Shown here one piece after another: positions 10,599-19,929 of a stretch of DNA of 64,000 nucleotides (positions are counted from its first letter, which is position 1; the number at the start of each line of letters is the position of its first letter). This DNA comes from an uncultured Clostridium sp. (GTDB lineage: Bacteria > Bacillota > Clostridia > TANB77 > CAG-508), in the NCBI GenBank assembly GCA_948470605.1, contig CAOKPI010000001.1, positions 6,466 to 70,465 on the forward strand. Reading direction: 5' to 3'. The notes under the pieces are model-generated. The model was given only the letters and a program-made list of their open reading frames with translations. It was not told where the DNA came from and did not search any database. The position numbers and the translations under genes were made by a program.

Positions 10599-12539
10599 TC
10601 ATCGATTTATACGCATATTTACTAATTTATTTACATTTGTCTCTACAAATTCAAATTCCTTTCTTGTTGGCATTATCTTTAGTATGGCTGTATCAGTTCC
10701 AACTTTAAACAAACCTTCTCCTTTTTGACAAGTGACTAAGAAATTAGCTTCTCCCTCTGATAACTTAAATACTTCCTTCAAATATTGTATTTCTGCTTTG
10801 TCTTGTGCCAAAAACAGCTTTGTATCAGAAGATGTTAATACTGCCTGTGCTTCCGCTTTCTCATAAAAATCCTGAAATCTTTGTGATATAATTGCCAAAG
10901 ATACATTCCTCTTTCTGGCACGTCTTGCCATCTTGTTTAAAAAGTCTACTGCTTCGTCATATGGTAATAACATCCAAGCTTCATCCACTAAAACTCTCTT
11001 TTTAGTTGCTTTCGTTCTATCTTCACTGTTTTTCTTAACAAACTTTTCCCAAATCCAAGAAAGTAATATTTGTTGTGCAAGTGGTCTTGCAAATCTTTCT
11101 TCTAATTGAGATATATCTATATTGATAAAAGGTGCACCATCTAGTAAATCAAAAGTTGATTGGCCATCAAAATATGCCATTTGTCCATCGTATTCTCTTA
11201 TATATTGCTTCATAACTTTTAATAAATAACTGTAATGAAATTGATAATCTTCATTGGTATTGTCTGATGCTTTTACTTGAATCCTTCTATACCAACTTCC
11301 TATTGTTGGCATATCCTTTTTTTCCTTTCCCAACATATTAGCATGATTCAATCTCATTTCAGCTGTTTTATATAAGCTATTGGGATTATTAGTAATTCCT
11401 AATGCTGCATATTCTTCTGCAACAGATTCTGCTATAATTTGTTTGGTAAGTTCGTTAACTTCTGTGCTTCTTGTGCTTCCTTTTGCCATAGTAAGCAAAG
11501 CTTGTGTAACATCTTCTACTTTATTTTCTATATTCAAGATACTTCTTTCTCTTCCTGTAATCTCATCTTTCATTTTTTCCACTTCTATATCAAATAGGTT
11601 AATAATTGTTTTTGAATTAGGACTTATTACTACATTGATTCCTCCTAAGCTTTCAGCAACTACTGTATATTCTCCTTCTGCATCTAATGCTAAACTTTCA
11701 ATTCCCATAAGGACAGAAGATCGAGATACTAATGTTTTCATAGTAACAGATTTTCCAGCTCCTGATTTAGCAAATATAACCATATTATAATTCGTTAAAG
11801 ATGGGTGAAAATTGTCAAACAGTATTGGTGTGCCAGTTTGCTTATTAAAGCCTAGCGGAACTCCTGTAGAATGTCCTACCTCTGATGTCGTAAATGGAAA
11901 TACGGTCCCCATAGACCCTCTATCAAAAGTATGTACTTTTTTTACCTTGTCTTCTAAAAGGGGTAAATTGGATTGAAATGCCTCTTCTTGCATTCCCCAT
12001 GCTGTTTTCATACTAACTAAATTTTTTGATAATTCTGAAATTAACATATTAGTTTGTTTCTCTAATTCCTCTAAACTATAAGTAAAAATAGTGGCTACTA
12101 CGGAAGCCTCATATAATTTATTAAATCCTGCTGCAATTTCATCTCTTAATTGCTCCGCTTCTAATCGTTTTTGTGCAATTGTACTTTCTCTGTTTATATT
12201 ACCTTTATCCATAGCCACAATTCTTTCTGTTTCTAATTCATTGATAACTCTATTTAACTCATTTTGAGACCTTTCTTCCTTTATGGGATTGATAATGACA
12301 GAAGTATTAACATCCCCAAAAAGATATAAGTCTCTAAATAATTCTGGAAAAGTACACATTCTTGGTAAGTTTGAAACAAAAAAACTTCTAGCATATCTTT
12401 TCGTGTTAGCAATAATTTCTAAATGGTCTATATGACTTGCATCTATTCCAGCTGGAGCAATCAGCTCTTTAATCGTTTTCTTTTTTAAAAAGTCGTATCT
12501 CTTTTCTACTATGGTATCTGTTTTACTGCTTTTTTTCAC
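10599..12539 (-). CDS. VirB4/TcpF-like conjugal transfer ATPase
   Basis: 646 aa, Walker A IFAKSGAGKSV, Walker B RVLVDEAWML, and the typical position after a VirB3-like gene. Confidence 0.85.
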   Translation of the reverse strand: MKKSSKTDTIVEKRYDFLKKKTIKELIAPAGIDASHIDHLEIIANTKRYARSFFVSNLPRMCTFPELFRDLYLFGDVNTSVIINPIKEERSQNELNRVINELETERIVAMDKGNINRESTIAQKRLEAEQLRDEIAAGFNKLYEASVVATIFTYSLEELEKQTNMLISELSKNLVSMKTAWGMQEEAFQSNLPLLEDKVKKVHTFDRGSMGTVFPFTTSEVGHSTGVPLGFNKQTGTPILFDNFHPSLTNYNMVIFAKSGAGKSVTMKTLVSRSSVLMGIESLALDAEGEYTVVAESLGGINVVISPNSKTIINLFDIEVEKMKDEITGRERSILNIENKVEDVTQALLTMAKGSTRSTEVNELTKQIIAESVAEEYAALGITNNPNSLYKTAEMRLNHANMLGKEKKDMPTIGSWYRRIQVKASDNTNEDYQFHYSYLLKVMKQYIREYDGQMAYFDGQSTFDLLDGAPFINIDISQLEERFARPLAQQILLSWIWEKFVKKNSEDRTKATKKRVLVDEAWMLLPYDEAVDFLNKMARRARKRNVSLAIISQRFQDFYEKAEAQAVLTSSDTKLFLAQDKAEIQYLKEVFKLSEGEANFLVTCQKGEGLFKVGTDTAILKIMPTRKEFEFVETNVNKLVNMRINR

Positions 12540-13701
12540 GTTTTCGTCCTCCTTTACTGTTAATGATTTTCTCTGCTTCTTCTTTTATTTCCTCACCGAT
12601 TAATTCTTCATTTTCTTCTAAAATACTTTTTGCCATAATATCAATCATTTCATTTATTCTATTTTCTTTTTCTCTTACTTTTCTGGCCTCTTCTCTATTA
12701 TCTATGGCTTGTCTAACTACTTCATTTGCTTTCTCCATTGCTTTTCTTTGTATTTCTTTATCTAATTCTTTCATTCTTTTTTCCATTACATTAGGTGCTG
12801 TTGAATATAATTCATCAAATCTAAAACTCAAAGCTTTTTCCAATTCATAAATTTCCGCTTCATCTCTATTGTAAGCAATATACAATAATTCAATTAATTC
12901 TTTACTATCTAATACCTTTGCCTTAATATCACATACTGATAATGAACTAATGATTGATTGTGCTCTTGTGTATAATTCTGAAAAAGCCATATTCTTAATT
13001 TCCTCAAAATTATAATCTGTTTTTGTAATGTCTTCTGGTATATAGGATATAATAATATAATAAGATTTTCTTAAGATATTTTTATTAAAATTCATTTTTT
13101 CAGTATTTTGTATAATATCTACCCCGTATTCATATAAATTTTGAGCTCTTAACATTTCTAATTTGTATTTCTCAACCATCTTAGGCGATTGTTTGCTAGA
13201 ATTTATAACTGAATTATATTCCATCTGTTTTCTTAAGTATTCGCTCTTTATTTTTTTTATTCTCTCTTTATAGGTATCAATACTCTTTTTTAAATTTACT
13301 GTTCTAGTTTGTATGTATAATTGAATGGGATATCTTAATGTATTTAAAAATTGTAAAAAACCTTGTTCTACACTATTCTTTTCTAATCCTGACATTAAAT
13401 CATAATTAATACCTTGACATTCAATTGCCATAATATATTTATTTCCATTTTTTCTTACAATCATATTATCTTCTACTCTGTCAAATTCCATAAATTCAAA
13501 AATAGAATGTTTGTTATATTCAGATTCTTTTTTCTTGTTGTCAATTTTTTTATCCTTTTTTAATGTCTCCTCTTCTTTTGGCTTGTTGTCTTTTCTTTTT
13601 TTAACAGTTAAGATAATAAAAACGGTTAATAATATAAATAATATTATAATTAAAAATACAAGTATAATCGTAAGAATTTGACTTATTTGATCATTCCCCA
13701 T
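12523..13701 (-). CDS. T4SS-associated membrane-anchored protein (paralog of the 201-aa ORF at 33553-34158)
   Basis: N-terminal TM followed by a coiled/charged region. The segment INYDLMSGLEKNSVEQGFLQFL aligns with INYNLKSDLEKQAILNSYKVFL in the second cluster. Both sit immediately upstream of a VirB4-like gene. Confidence 0.55.
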   Translation of the reverse strand: MGNDQISQILTIILVFLIIILFILLTVFIILTVKKRKDNKPKEEETLKKDKKIDNKKKESEYNKHSIFEFMEFDRVEDNMIVRKNGNKYIMAIECQGINYDLMSGLEKNSVEQGFLQFLNTLRYPIQLYIQTRTVNLKKSIDTYKERIKKIKSEYLRKQMEYNSVINSSKQSPKMVEKYKLEMLRAQNLYEYGVDIIQNTEKMNFNKNILRKSYYIIISYIPEDITKTDYNFEEIKNMAFSELYTRAQSIISSLSVCDIKAKVLDSKELIELLYIAYNRDEAEIYELEKALSFRFDELYSTAPNVMEKRMKELDKEIQRKAMEKANEVVRQAIDNREEARKVREKENRINEMIDIMAKSILEENEELIGEEIKEEAEKIINSKGGRKREKKQ

Positions 13702-14083
13702 CCTTTTTTCCTCCTTGTTCTTCCAAGATTTGTGGTTTATTTAGTACGTCTTCTCTGATATATATTTTATTATTGTTTTTCTTAAATTTTATCCATCTTT
13801 TTATAATATTATCTATATTTTCTCCTCCTGTTTTCTTTGTAAATTCAAATTTTCTTGTATCAGGCATTTTTAATGTACCTATAACAAATCCCACTACACC
13901 AAAAAGCACATCAATTCCTATTCCTATTACTGACATACCTAACACTTTAAATATAAAATAAAAAACTAAACCTATTGCCAATCCGATAACTGTATATATT
14001 AAACCTTTTGTAGAAAAAATATAAAGAATTCTACCTTCTCCTTTATAATTTCTAGGTATTTCATATGTATGCATAAATCCCAC
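13691..14083 (-). CDS. PrgI/VirB3-like small membrane protein
   Basis: 130 aa with two adjacent TM helices and a basic C-terminus. It overlaps the next gene by 11 nt, in the classical position upstream of VirB4. Confidence 0.55.
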   Translation of the reverse strand: MGFMHTYEIPRNYKGEGRILYIFSTKGLIYTVIGLAIGLVFYFIFKVLGMSVIGIGIDVLFGVVGFVIGTLKMPDTRKFEFTKKTGGENIDNIIKRWIKFKKNNNKIYIREDVLNKPQILEEQGGKKDGE

Positions 14084-14238
14084 TCCTTTGTTTTTTACTA
14101 CATATCTATTTTATTATAACATAATAACACATATAAAAGCATAAATATCTACAAAAAAATACATTTTTAATTTATTTGTAATTTATTTGTAATGTAGCTG
14201 TAATATTATAGAATTTTCGAAGAGCTTTCCTATAATAG

Positions 14239-14272
14239 AAAAAGAGATTCATCTTTAAATGAATCTCTTTTT
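14239..14272 (-). terminator. intrinsic terminator after the pilin-like gene array
   Basis: Perfect 14-bp stem AAAAAGAGATTCAT / ATGAATCTCTTTTT, 15 nt downstream of the stop at 14287. Confidence 0.75.
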
Positions 14273-14286
14273 ATGTAGTTATAACT

Positions 14287-14655
14287 TTATACATTGCTTA
14301 AGAATCCGTATAATACACCAGCAATTGTTGAAGCTGCAAATACCATAGCTGCACCAATTATATATGGTAATAATGTCTTTTTATATTCTGCTTTTTCTTC
14401 AGCACTTCCCATCATATATTTAAGACCTAATACAATCAAAACAATTACTGCCACTACCGAACCAACAACTGATACAATAGTAATTAATTGATTTCCTAAA
14501 CCTGTTATCTTATCTGTTCCTGTAACCTCTTTACCCGTTAAGCTTGATGGATCTACACCTCCTGTAACAGCTGCTGCAAAAACACTAGTTCCTAATGAAA
14601 TAACTATTAAACTTATTAAAATAATAAATGAAATTGTTTTAGACATTTTCTTCAT
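14287..14655 (-). CDS. VirB2/TrbC-like pilin paralog 1
   Basis: Signal peptide plus two TM helices separated by KYMMGSAEEKAEYKKTLLPY. The same architecture is shared with the three upstream ORFs. Confidence 0.6.
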   Translation of the reverse strand: MKKMSKTISFIILISLIVISLGTSVFAAAVTGGVDPSSLTGKEVTGTDKITGLGNQLITIVSVVGSVVAVIVLIVLGLKYMMGSAEEKAEYKKTLLPYIIGAAMVFAASTIAGVLYGFLSNV

Positions 14656-14777
14656 TTTATTTTCCTCCTTTTATTAAATATATTATATTATTTTTAATAC
14701 CTATAAGTTTCGATATTAAAATATTAATTACCTCATTTTATTATAACACATTTATCTGTTTAATTGCAACTTTTATA

Positions 14778-15134
14778 TTAAAATTTTATAGCTATATTAT
14801 ATATAATGCTAGCAATCGTTGATGCAGTAAATATAAATAAAGCCCCTATTAAAAATGGCATTAAAGTCCTTTTGTATTCAGCTTTTTCCTCAACGCTTCC
14901 CATCATATATTTGATTCCTAAAATAATGATAACAATAACCGATATAACGGAACCTATGTTACTAACAATCGTTATAATTTTATTTCCTGTACTTTTTAAA
15001 TCTCCTGTTACAGCAGTATTTCCTGTTAAATTGTCTATCGACATAGCAGAAGAAAAATTTAATGTTATCATCAATATAATAAAAAAGAACATAACAATCC
15101 TAAAAATATACCTTTTTTTCATCCTATTCTCCAT
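14778..15134 (-). CDS. VirB2/TrbC-like pilin paralog 2
   Basis: Shares GIKYMMGSVEEKAEYKRTLMPF and the flanking TM helices with its paralogs. Confidence 0.6.
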   Translation of the reverse strand: MENRMKKRYIFRIVMFFFIILMITLNFSSAMSIDNLTGNTAVTGDLKSTGNKIITIVSNIGSVISVIVIIILGIKYMMGSVEEKAEYKRTLMPFLIGALFIFTASTIASIIYNIAIKF

Positions 15135-15142
15135 TCTATTAT

Positions 15143-15520
15143 TTACTGTAATATATTAATAACAAGTTTCCAAATTGCAAATGCACCAAATATAACACAA
15201 CATGATATAATATATGGTGTCAAAGTTTCTTTAAGAACTGCCTTATCTTCCGAGTTTGCCATCATATATTTAATTCCTAAAATTATTCCTACAATTACTG
15301 CTCCTATCATTCCCACAGCTAATAATGCATTGTATATAAAATCTGACGTATTTTTCAGTTCTTGTGTATTTATCGTAGATAAATCTCCTTTATTTACAAA
15401 CTCATCTGCTCCCTTAAATGTATCATCTATTGTATCAGCATAGTTTTCCGTTGGAAAGAAAAATAATACTAGTAGTATAAATAGTATTAAAAATATTATG
15501 TTTTTTGTTAGCGTTCTCAT
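15143..15520 (-). CDS. VirB2/TrbC-like pilin paralog 3 (most divergent)
   Basis: GIKYMMANSEDKAVLKETLTPY loop between two TM helices, with an N-terminal signal sequence. Confidence 0.55.
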   Translation of the reverse strand: MRTLTKNIIFLILFILLVLFFFPTENYADTIDDTFKGADEFVNKGDLSTINTQELKNTSDFIYNALLAVGMIGAVIVGIILGIKYMMANSEDKAVLKETLTPYIISCCVIFGAFAIWKLVINILQ

Positions 15521-15906
15521 TTAAATCCTCCTACTATTTCCACTAATATACTTAACAAATTAGTTATAGAAAATACCATGATAGCGCCAATCAAATATGG
15601 CATCATAGTCTTTTTGTATTCAGCTTTTTCCTCAATACTCCCCATCACATATTTTATTCCCATTATAATTAAAGCTATTACAGATACAGCACTACCTACA
15701 ACTCTAATTGGTCCAATTATACTATTAGCAATATTTTGAATCTGATCGGCACCAGAAACGTTTGTCGTAGATGGTGGCTTATAGTCATCTGGCAAAAAAC
15801 CTATTCTGCTTGCATATACATTGCCTTGTATTATCACAAATATCACTATAAACATTGTCATAATAGCTACTACACTTTTTTTAGCCATACTTTTCATCTT
15901 CCCCAA
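15517..15906 (-). CDS. VirB2/TrbC-like pilin paralog 4
   Basis: GIKYVMGSIEEKAEYKKTMMPY loop. The stop overlaps the start of paralog 3 (ATGA-type coupling). Confidence 0.6.
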   Translation of the reverse strand: MGKMKSMAKKSVVAIMTMFIVIFVIIQGNVYASRIGFLPDDYKPPSTTNVSGADQIQNIANSIIGPIRVVGSAVSVIALIIMGIKYVMGSIEEKAEYKKTMMPYLIGAIMVFSITNLLSILVEIVGGFK

Positions 15907-16019
15907 CTTAAATTAATATAAAATCTTTTTTACCTATACCATTATAACATTCTATTAAAATCATATCATATTTTCTTTGTTTTGTAAACAAACAAAACAA
16001 ATGTAATAAATTTGTAATA

Positions 16020-16283
16020 TTAGGAATTATTCGATACATGAGATTTCACACTATTTTCTGACGAAGGTGGAAGATTCTCTACCAAATCATCATTTGCTTT
16101 TTCTAGACGGTTAATTGCTTCATTTAATTTCACAAGTCTTTCTAGTTCTGCTATATTTTTATTATAAAATTGTGTTAAAGCAAATGCTGTTGTAATAATA
16201 ACCATTATCGTTGTTATTGCTATGATTGCAATTGCTGAAAAAATTACAGTTTTATTTACTTTTTCAACTTTCTTCTCATTCAT
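16020..16283 (-). CDS. small membrane-anchored coiled-coil protein, first gene of T4SS set A
   Basis: 87-aa ORF with one TM (IFSAIAIIAITTIMVIITTAFAL). No recognisable family. Confidence 0.4.
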   Translation of the reverse strand: MNEKKVEKVNKTVIFSAIAIIAITTIMVIITTAFALTQFYNKNIAELERLVKLNEAINRLEKANDDLVENLPPSSENSVKSHVSNNS

Positions 16284-16416
16284 TTTTTCTCTCCATTCTT
16301 TGATTTTTATATTCCTAGCATTTCCAGCTTACTTTGAAACTCCTTTTGAGTATCCCAAAAATATTTCCTAAATTCTTCTGGCATCCTTATCTACTCTAAA
16401 ATTATTTTATTATACT

Positions 16417-16454
16417 AAAAATGTAGTATACCACGCATAGTATACTACATTTTT
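16417..16454 (-). terminator. terminator of the tRNA-Ser operon
   Basis: Perfect 13-14-bp stem AAAAATGTAGTATA / TATACTACATTTTT downstream (minus sense) of tRNA-Ser(GCU). Confidence 0.65.
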
Positions 16455-16499
16455 TATTTTTCTACAACTATTCTATCTAAAATTACCTTGTAATATATT

Positions 16500-16589
16500 T
16501 GGCGGAGATGAGAGGGTTCGAACCTCCGCGCCGTTTTCACGACCTAACTGTTTAGCAAACAGTCCCCTTCACCACTTGGGTACATCTCC
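16500..16589 (-). tRNA. tRNA-Ser (anticodon GCU), CCA encoded
   Basis: Reverse complement GGAGATGTACCCAAGTGGTGAAGGGGACTGTTTGCTAAACAG..GGTTCGAACCCTCTCATCTCCGCCA. It has a long variable arm and the anticodon loop CT-GCT-AA. Confidence 0.9.
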
Positions 16590-16637
16590 ATTTTTATAAA
16601 TAAAAGTTAGACATAGTCTTATATCTAACTTTTATTG

Positions 16638-16731
<94 letters not shown>

Positions 16732-16810
16732 AAATGTTAGAAACTGTTCTTCCAACAGTCTCTATCTTAGCATTTTTATTCAGGTTTGTCAATAGCAATT
16801 TTTGGTTTTT

Positions 16811-17311
16811 TTATACGCTACTATCTATTGCTTTTTCAATCGCCTGCATCTCTTCCTCTGAAATAGTATACGTAGACTTACCTTTTTGTACCGGTTTTGC
16901 ATAAATATTAGACATCTCTCTTGAATAAATACCATTTAAAACAACACCATCATTGTTCTCGTCCAATAAAGCTAAAGCAAAACTTAAGTCACTTCCTGTA
17001 TCTCTAAAAGCACTATACCTTACTATACCAACCTTTTGAATGCATTTCGTTAAATCTCCATTCAATATTTTTATTTGTTTAGAAAGCTTAGTATTTTGTT
17101 TTTCCACTTGATTCACTCGAGACATATAGTTTTGTAAATCTTCTTCTAAATTTTTTCCATTTCCTAGTTTTCTCATAAAATCTTGGTATCTTCTATTTAA
17201 TCTAGAAAGTTTTACCCCAATAATAGCATATCCTATTAACAATAAAATTATCATGGCAAACAGAACCAATAAAAAAGTTTCTGTCCCTATGAATTCCATT
17301 AAACTCTCCAT
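16811..17311 (-). CDS. DUF4446-like membrane protein commonly found next to spo0J in Clostridia
   Basis: 166 aa with an N-terminal TM and a coiled-coil. Its conserved position is immediately after parB. Confidence 0.6.
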   Translation of the reverse strand: MESLMEFIGTETFLLVLFAMIILLLIGYAIIGVKLSRLNRRYQDFMRKLGNGKNLEEDLQNYMSRVNQVEKQNTKLSKQIKILNGDLTKCIQKVGIVRYSAFRDTGSDLSFALALLDENNDGVVLNGIYSREMSNIYAKPVQKGKSTYTISEEEMQAIEKAIDSSV

Positions 17312-17328
17312 ATATAATCCTCCTTTTC

Positions 17329-18168
17329 CTATTGAATCAATCCTAAAATTCTCTCTAAATCATCATTTGAAGTATATTCAATAATAATTTTTCCTCTTCT
17401 CTTTCCTGGGTCTAATCTAACTTTAGAACCGAAAAAACTTTGAAAATTGTCCTCTATGCTTTTATATAAGACATGGTTTCTCTGTTGCTCCTCTTTGGTT
17501 TCTTTTGTTTTTGCTCTTTTTTCAACTTGTCTAACACTAGAACCTCTTTCTAACATTTGTACTGCTGTTTGATATTGTTTCTCTGGGTCAGTAATAGCCA
17601 ATAATGCTTTACAATGTCCCTCTGATATCTTTCCTTCTTTTGCCATTTCTAATACACGAGGTTCCAAGTTTAAGACTCTAATCCAATTGGCAACTGTGCT
17701 TCTTCCTTTTCCTAATTTTTTTGCTACCTCTTCTTGTGACATTTTATAGGTATCCATTAATGTTTTGATTCCAATTGCCTTTTCTACTGGGTTTAAGTCT
17801 TCTCTTTGCATATTTTCAATTAAAGAAATTTCTGAATTAATTTTTTCATTGTCTTCTCTAATAATAGCTGGAATTTCCTTTAGTCCTGCTAATTTGGAAG
17901 CTCTCCATCTTCTTTCTCCAGCAATAATACTGTAATAACCATCTTTTTGTGTGACAACAATTGGTTGAATTAAACCATACTCTTGAATGGATTGGGCTAA
18001 TTCCTCTAAGGCTTCTTGGTCAAATCTCTTTCTTGGTTGGTCTCGATTTGGTTCCACCTCTGTTATTTTTAGTTTTTTTAATGTGTCATTTTCTTTTACT
18101 TGCTCTTCCTCTGGCACGGGTCCAAATAAAGCATCTAATCCTTTTCCTAATCCTGTCATTTTTGCCAT
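17329..18168 (-). CDS. spo0J: chromosome partitioning protein ParB/Spo0J
   Basis: LGKGLDALF, GERRWRA and an HTH segment (SQEEVAKKLGKGRSTVANWIR), with the C-terminus IIIEYTSNDDLERI. Confidence 0.93.
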   Translation of the reverse strand: MAKMTGLGKGLDALFGPVPEEEQVKENDTLKKLKITEVEPNRDQPRKRFDQEALEELAQSIQEYGLIQPIVVTQKDGYYSIIAGERRWRASKLAGLKEIPAIIREDNEKINSEISLIENMQREDLNPVEKAIGIKTLMDTYKMSQEEVAKKLGKGRSTVANWIRVLNLEPRVLEMAKEGKISEGHCKALLAITDPEKQYQTAVQMLERGSSVRQVEKRAKTKETKEEQQRNHVLYKSIEDNFQSFFGSKVRLDPGKRRGKIIIEYTSNDDLERILGLIQ

Positions 18169-18182
18169 TTGGCATTCCTCCT

Positions 18183-18986
18183 CTACATCATATGTTTAGC
18201 CTTTTTTTGCTCTTCATTATTTTTTAAAAATTCCTTTGTAAATTTTATATAACTTTTGGCACCTTTGGATTTAATGTCATATTCTATAATTGGCATTCCA
18301 TAACTTGGTGCTTCACTTAGTCTTACATTTCTTGGTATTACTGTTTTGTATACTTTATTGTTGAAATATTTTTTTACTTCCTTTACTACTTGATTAGACA
18401 AATTGGTTCTTATATCATACATGGTTAATAAAGCACCCTCAATTTGAATATTCTTGTTTAAATGTTTTTTCACTAAATTAATGGTGTTTAATAGTTGTCC
18501 TAATCCTTCTAAGGCAAAGTATTCACATTGTACAGGAATCAAAACACTATTGGATGCTGTAAAAGCATTTAAAGTAATTAACCCTAAAGATGGTGGGCAA
18601 TCAATTAAAATATAATCAAACTGATTTTTTGCCTCATTTAATTTTTCGTTTAATCTTTGCTCTCTTGACATCATAGAAACTAATTCTACTTCTGCCCCTG
18701 CTAAATTTATGTCAGAAGGACATACTTTCAGATTTTTTATCATAGTGTCTTGTATGGCATTTTGTATTTCTGTATCATTGACTAAAATATCATAGGTAGA
18801 AAATTCAACTTCTTTTTCTACTCCTAATCCACTTGTTGCATTCCCTTGAGGGTCTGCATCGATTAATAATACTTTTTTTCCTCTTCTTGCTAAAATACTT
18901 GCTAGATTAACAGTTGTGGTGGTTTTTCCAACACCACCTTTTTGATTGGCTACTGATATAACTTTTCCCAATTTTATTGCCTCCAT
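18183..18986 (-). CDS. soj: chromosome partitioning ATPase ParA/Soj
   Basis: Deviant Walker A NQKGGVGKTTT, followed by LLIDADPQGNAT. Confidence 0.93.
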   Translation of the reverse strand: MEAIKLGKVISVANQKGGVGKTTTTVNLASILARRGKKVLLIDADPQGNATSGLGVEKEVEFSTYDILVNDTEIQNAIQDTMIKNLKVCPSDINLAGAEVELVSMMSREQRLNEKLNEAKNQFDYILIDCPPSLGLITLNAFTASNSVLIPVQCEYFALEGLGQLLNTINLVKKHLNKNIQIEGALLTMYDIRTNLSNQVVKEVKKYFNNKVYKTVIPRNVRLSEAPSYGMPIIEYDIKSKGAKSYIKFTKEFLKNNEEQKKAKHMM

Positions 18987-19177
18987 TTTTTGTTAATTTT
19001 TACTTATATATTCTTTTTGTTCTATACTATAATCATATAAAAATATAAGAAAAAAGTCAATAAAAAAAGTAAAATTTATAGACTTTTTTGTAATTATCTG
19101 TTACCCTTCACAATGATTAATTTTGTTATTACTTATTTGGACTATAAAGGGTAATAATTATATACACGTTTATTGTT

Positions 19178-19900
19178 TTATTGGATTGGTTCCTTGGTTG
19201 CCATTCCTGGTTTTCTTGGATATTTTAACGGTGTTGGTTTCACTTTAGTAATCACAACAATTGTCCTATCCATATTCCCCTCTGGCAATTGAAGATTATC
19301 TATCTTCTCTATTTTTCCACCCAAGATAGAAATAGCCTTTTTGCTCTCCTCTATCTCTTCTTCTATTTTAGGACCCTTCATACAAATACATTTTCCTTGT
19401 ATTTTTACCAATGGCATCAAATACTCTGACAAAGTAGAAAGCTTGGCCACTGCTCTTGATGTAGCATAATCAAAACGTTCTCTATTCTTTTGATTTTTTC
19501 CAAACTCTTCTACACGAGAATGAATCGCTTCTATTTTTGTTAATTTTAAATGTCGAAGAATTTCTTCCAGGAAAATAACTCTTTTATTGAGAGAATCTAA
19601 TAAAGTAATTTCTATATCATCTCTAATAATCTTTAAAGGGATTCCGGGAAACCCCGCTCCTGTTCCCACATCTATCAATTTTGTATTTTTTTGTATATAC
19701 TTAGCAATTGTCATAGAATCAATAAAATGTTTTAAAATAATTTCTTCTGGCTTCGTTATAGCTGTTAAATTTATTTTTTCATTCCATTCTAATAACAATT
19801 GCATATAGGTATAAAACTGATTGACTTGTTCCTCTTGTAACAAAATGCCTATTTCATTCGCAAACTGCTTCATTTTTGTACTAAATTCTTCTTTTAACAT
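19178..19900 (-). CDS. rsmG: 16S rRNA m7G527 methyltransferase RsmG (GidB)
   Basis: SAM motif LIDVGTGAGFPGIPLKI, and the conserved position after mnmG. Confidence 0.92.
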   Translation of the reverse strand: MLKEEFSTKMKQFANEIGILLQEEQVNQFYTYMQLLLEWNEKINLTAITKPEEIILKHFIDSMTIAKYIQKNTKLIDVGTGAGFPGIPLKIIRDDIEITLLDSLNKRVIFLEEILRHLKLTKIEAIHSRVEEFGKNQKNRERFDYATSRAVAKLSTLSEYLMPLVKIQGKCICMKGPKIEEEIEESKKAISILGGKIEKIDNLQLPEGNMDRTIVVITKVKPTPLKYPRKPGMATKEPIQ

Positions 19901-19929
19901 ATTTTCTCCTTTTTTATTTTGAAATGGTA

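Larger units (their letters stand above)
1691..16499 (-). mobile_element. T4SS gene set A: conjugative-element-like block abutting the 3' end of tRNA-Ser(GCU). No integrase, relaxase or coupling protein is present in this block.
   Basis: A co-directional run of VirB2-like x4, VirB3/PrgI-like, VirB4-like, VirB6-like, multi-domain peptidoglycan hydrolase and membrane-anchored proteins. It starts right after the tRNA operon terminator. Confidence 0.5.
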
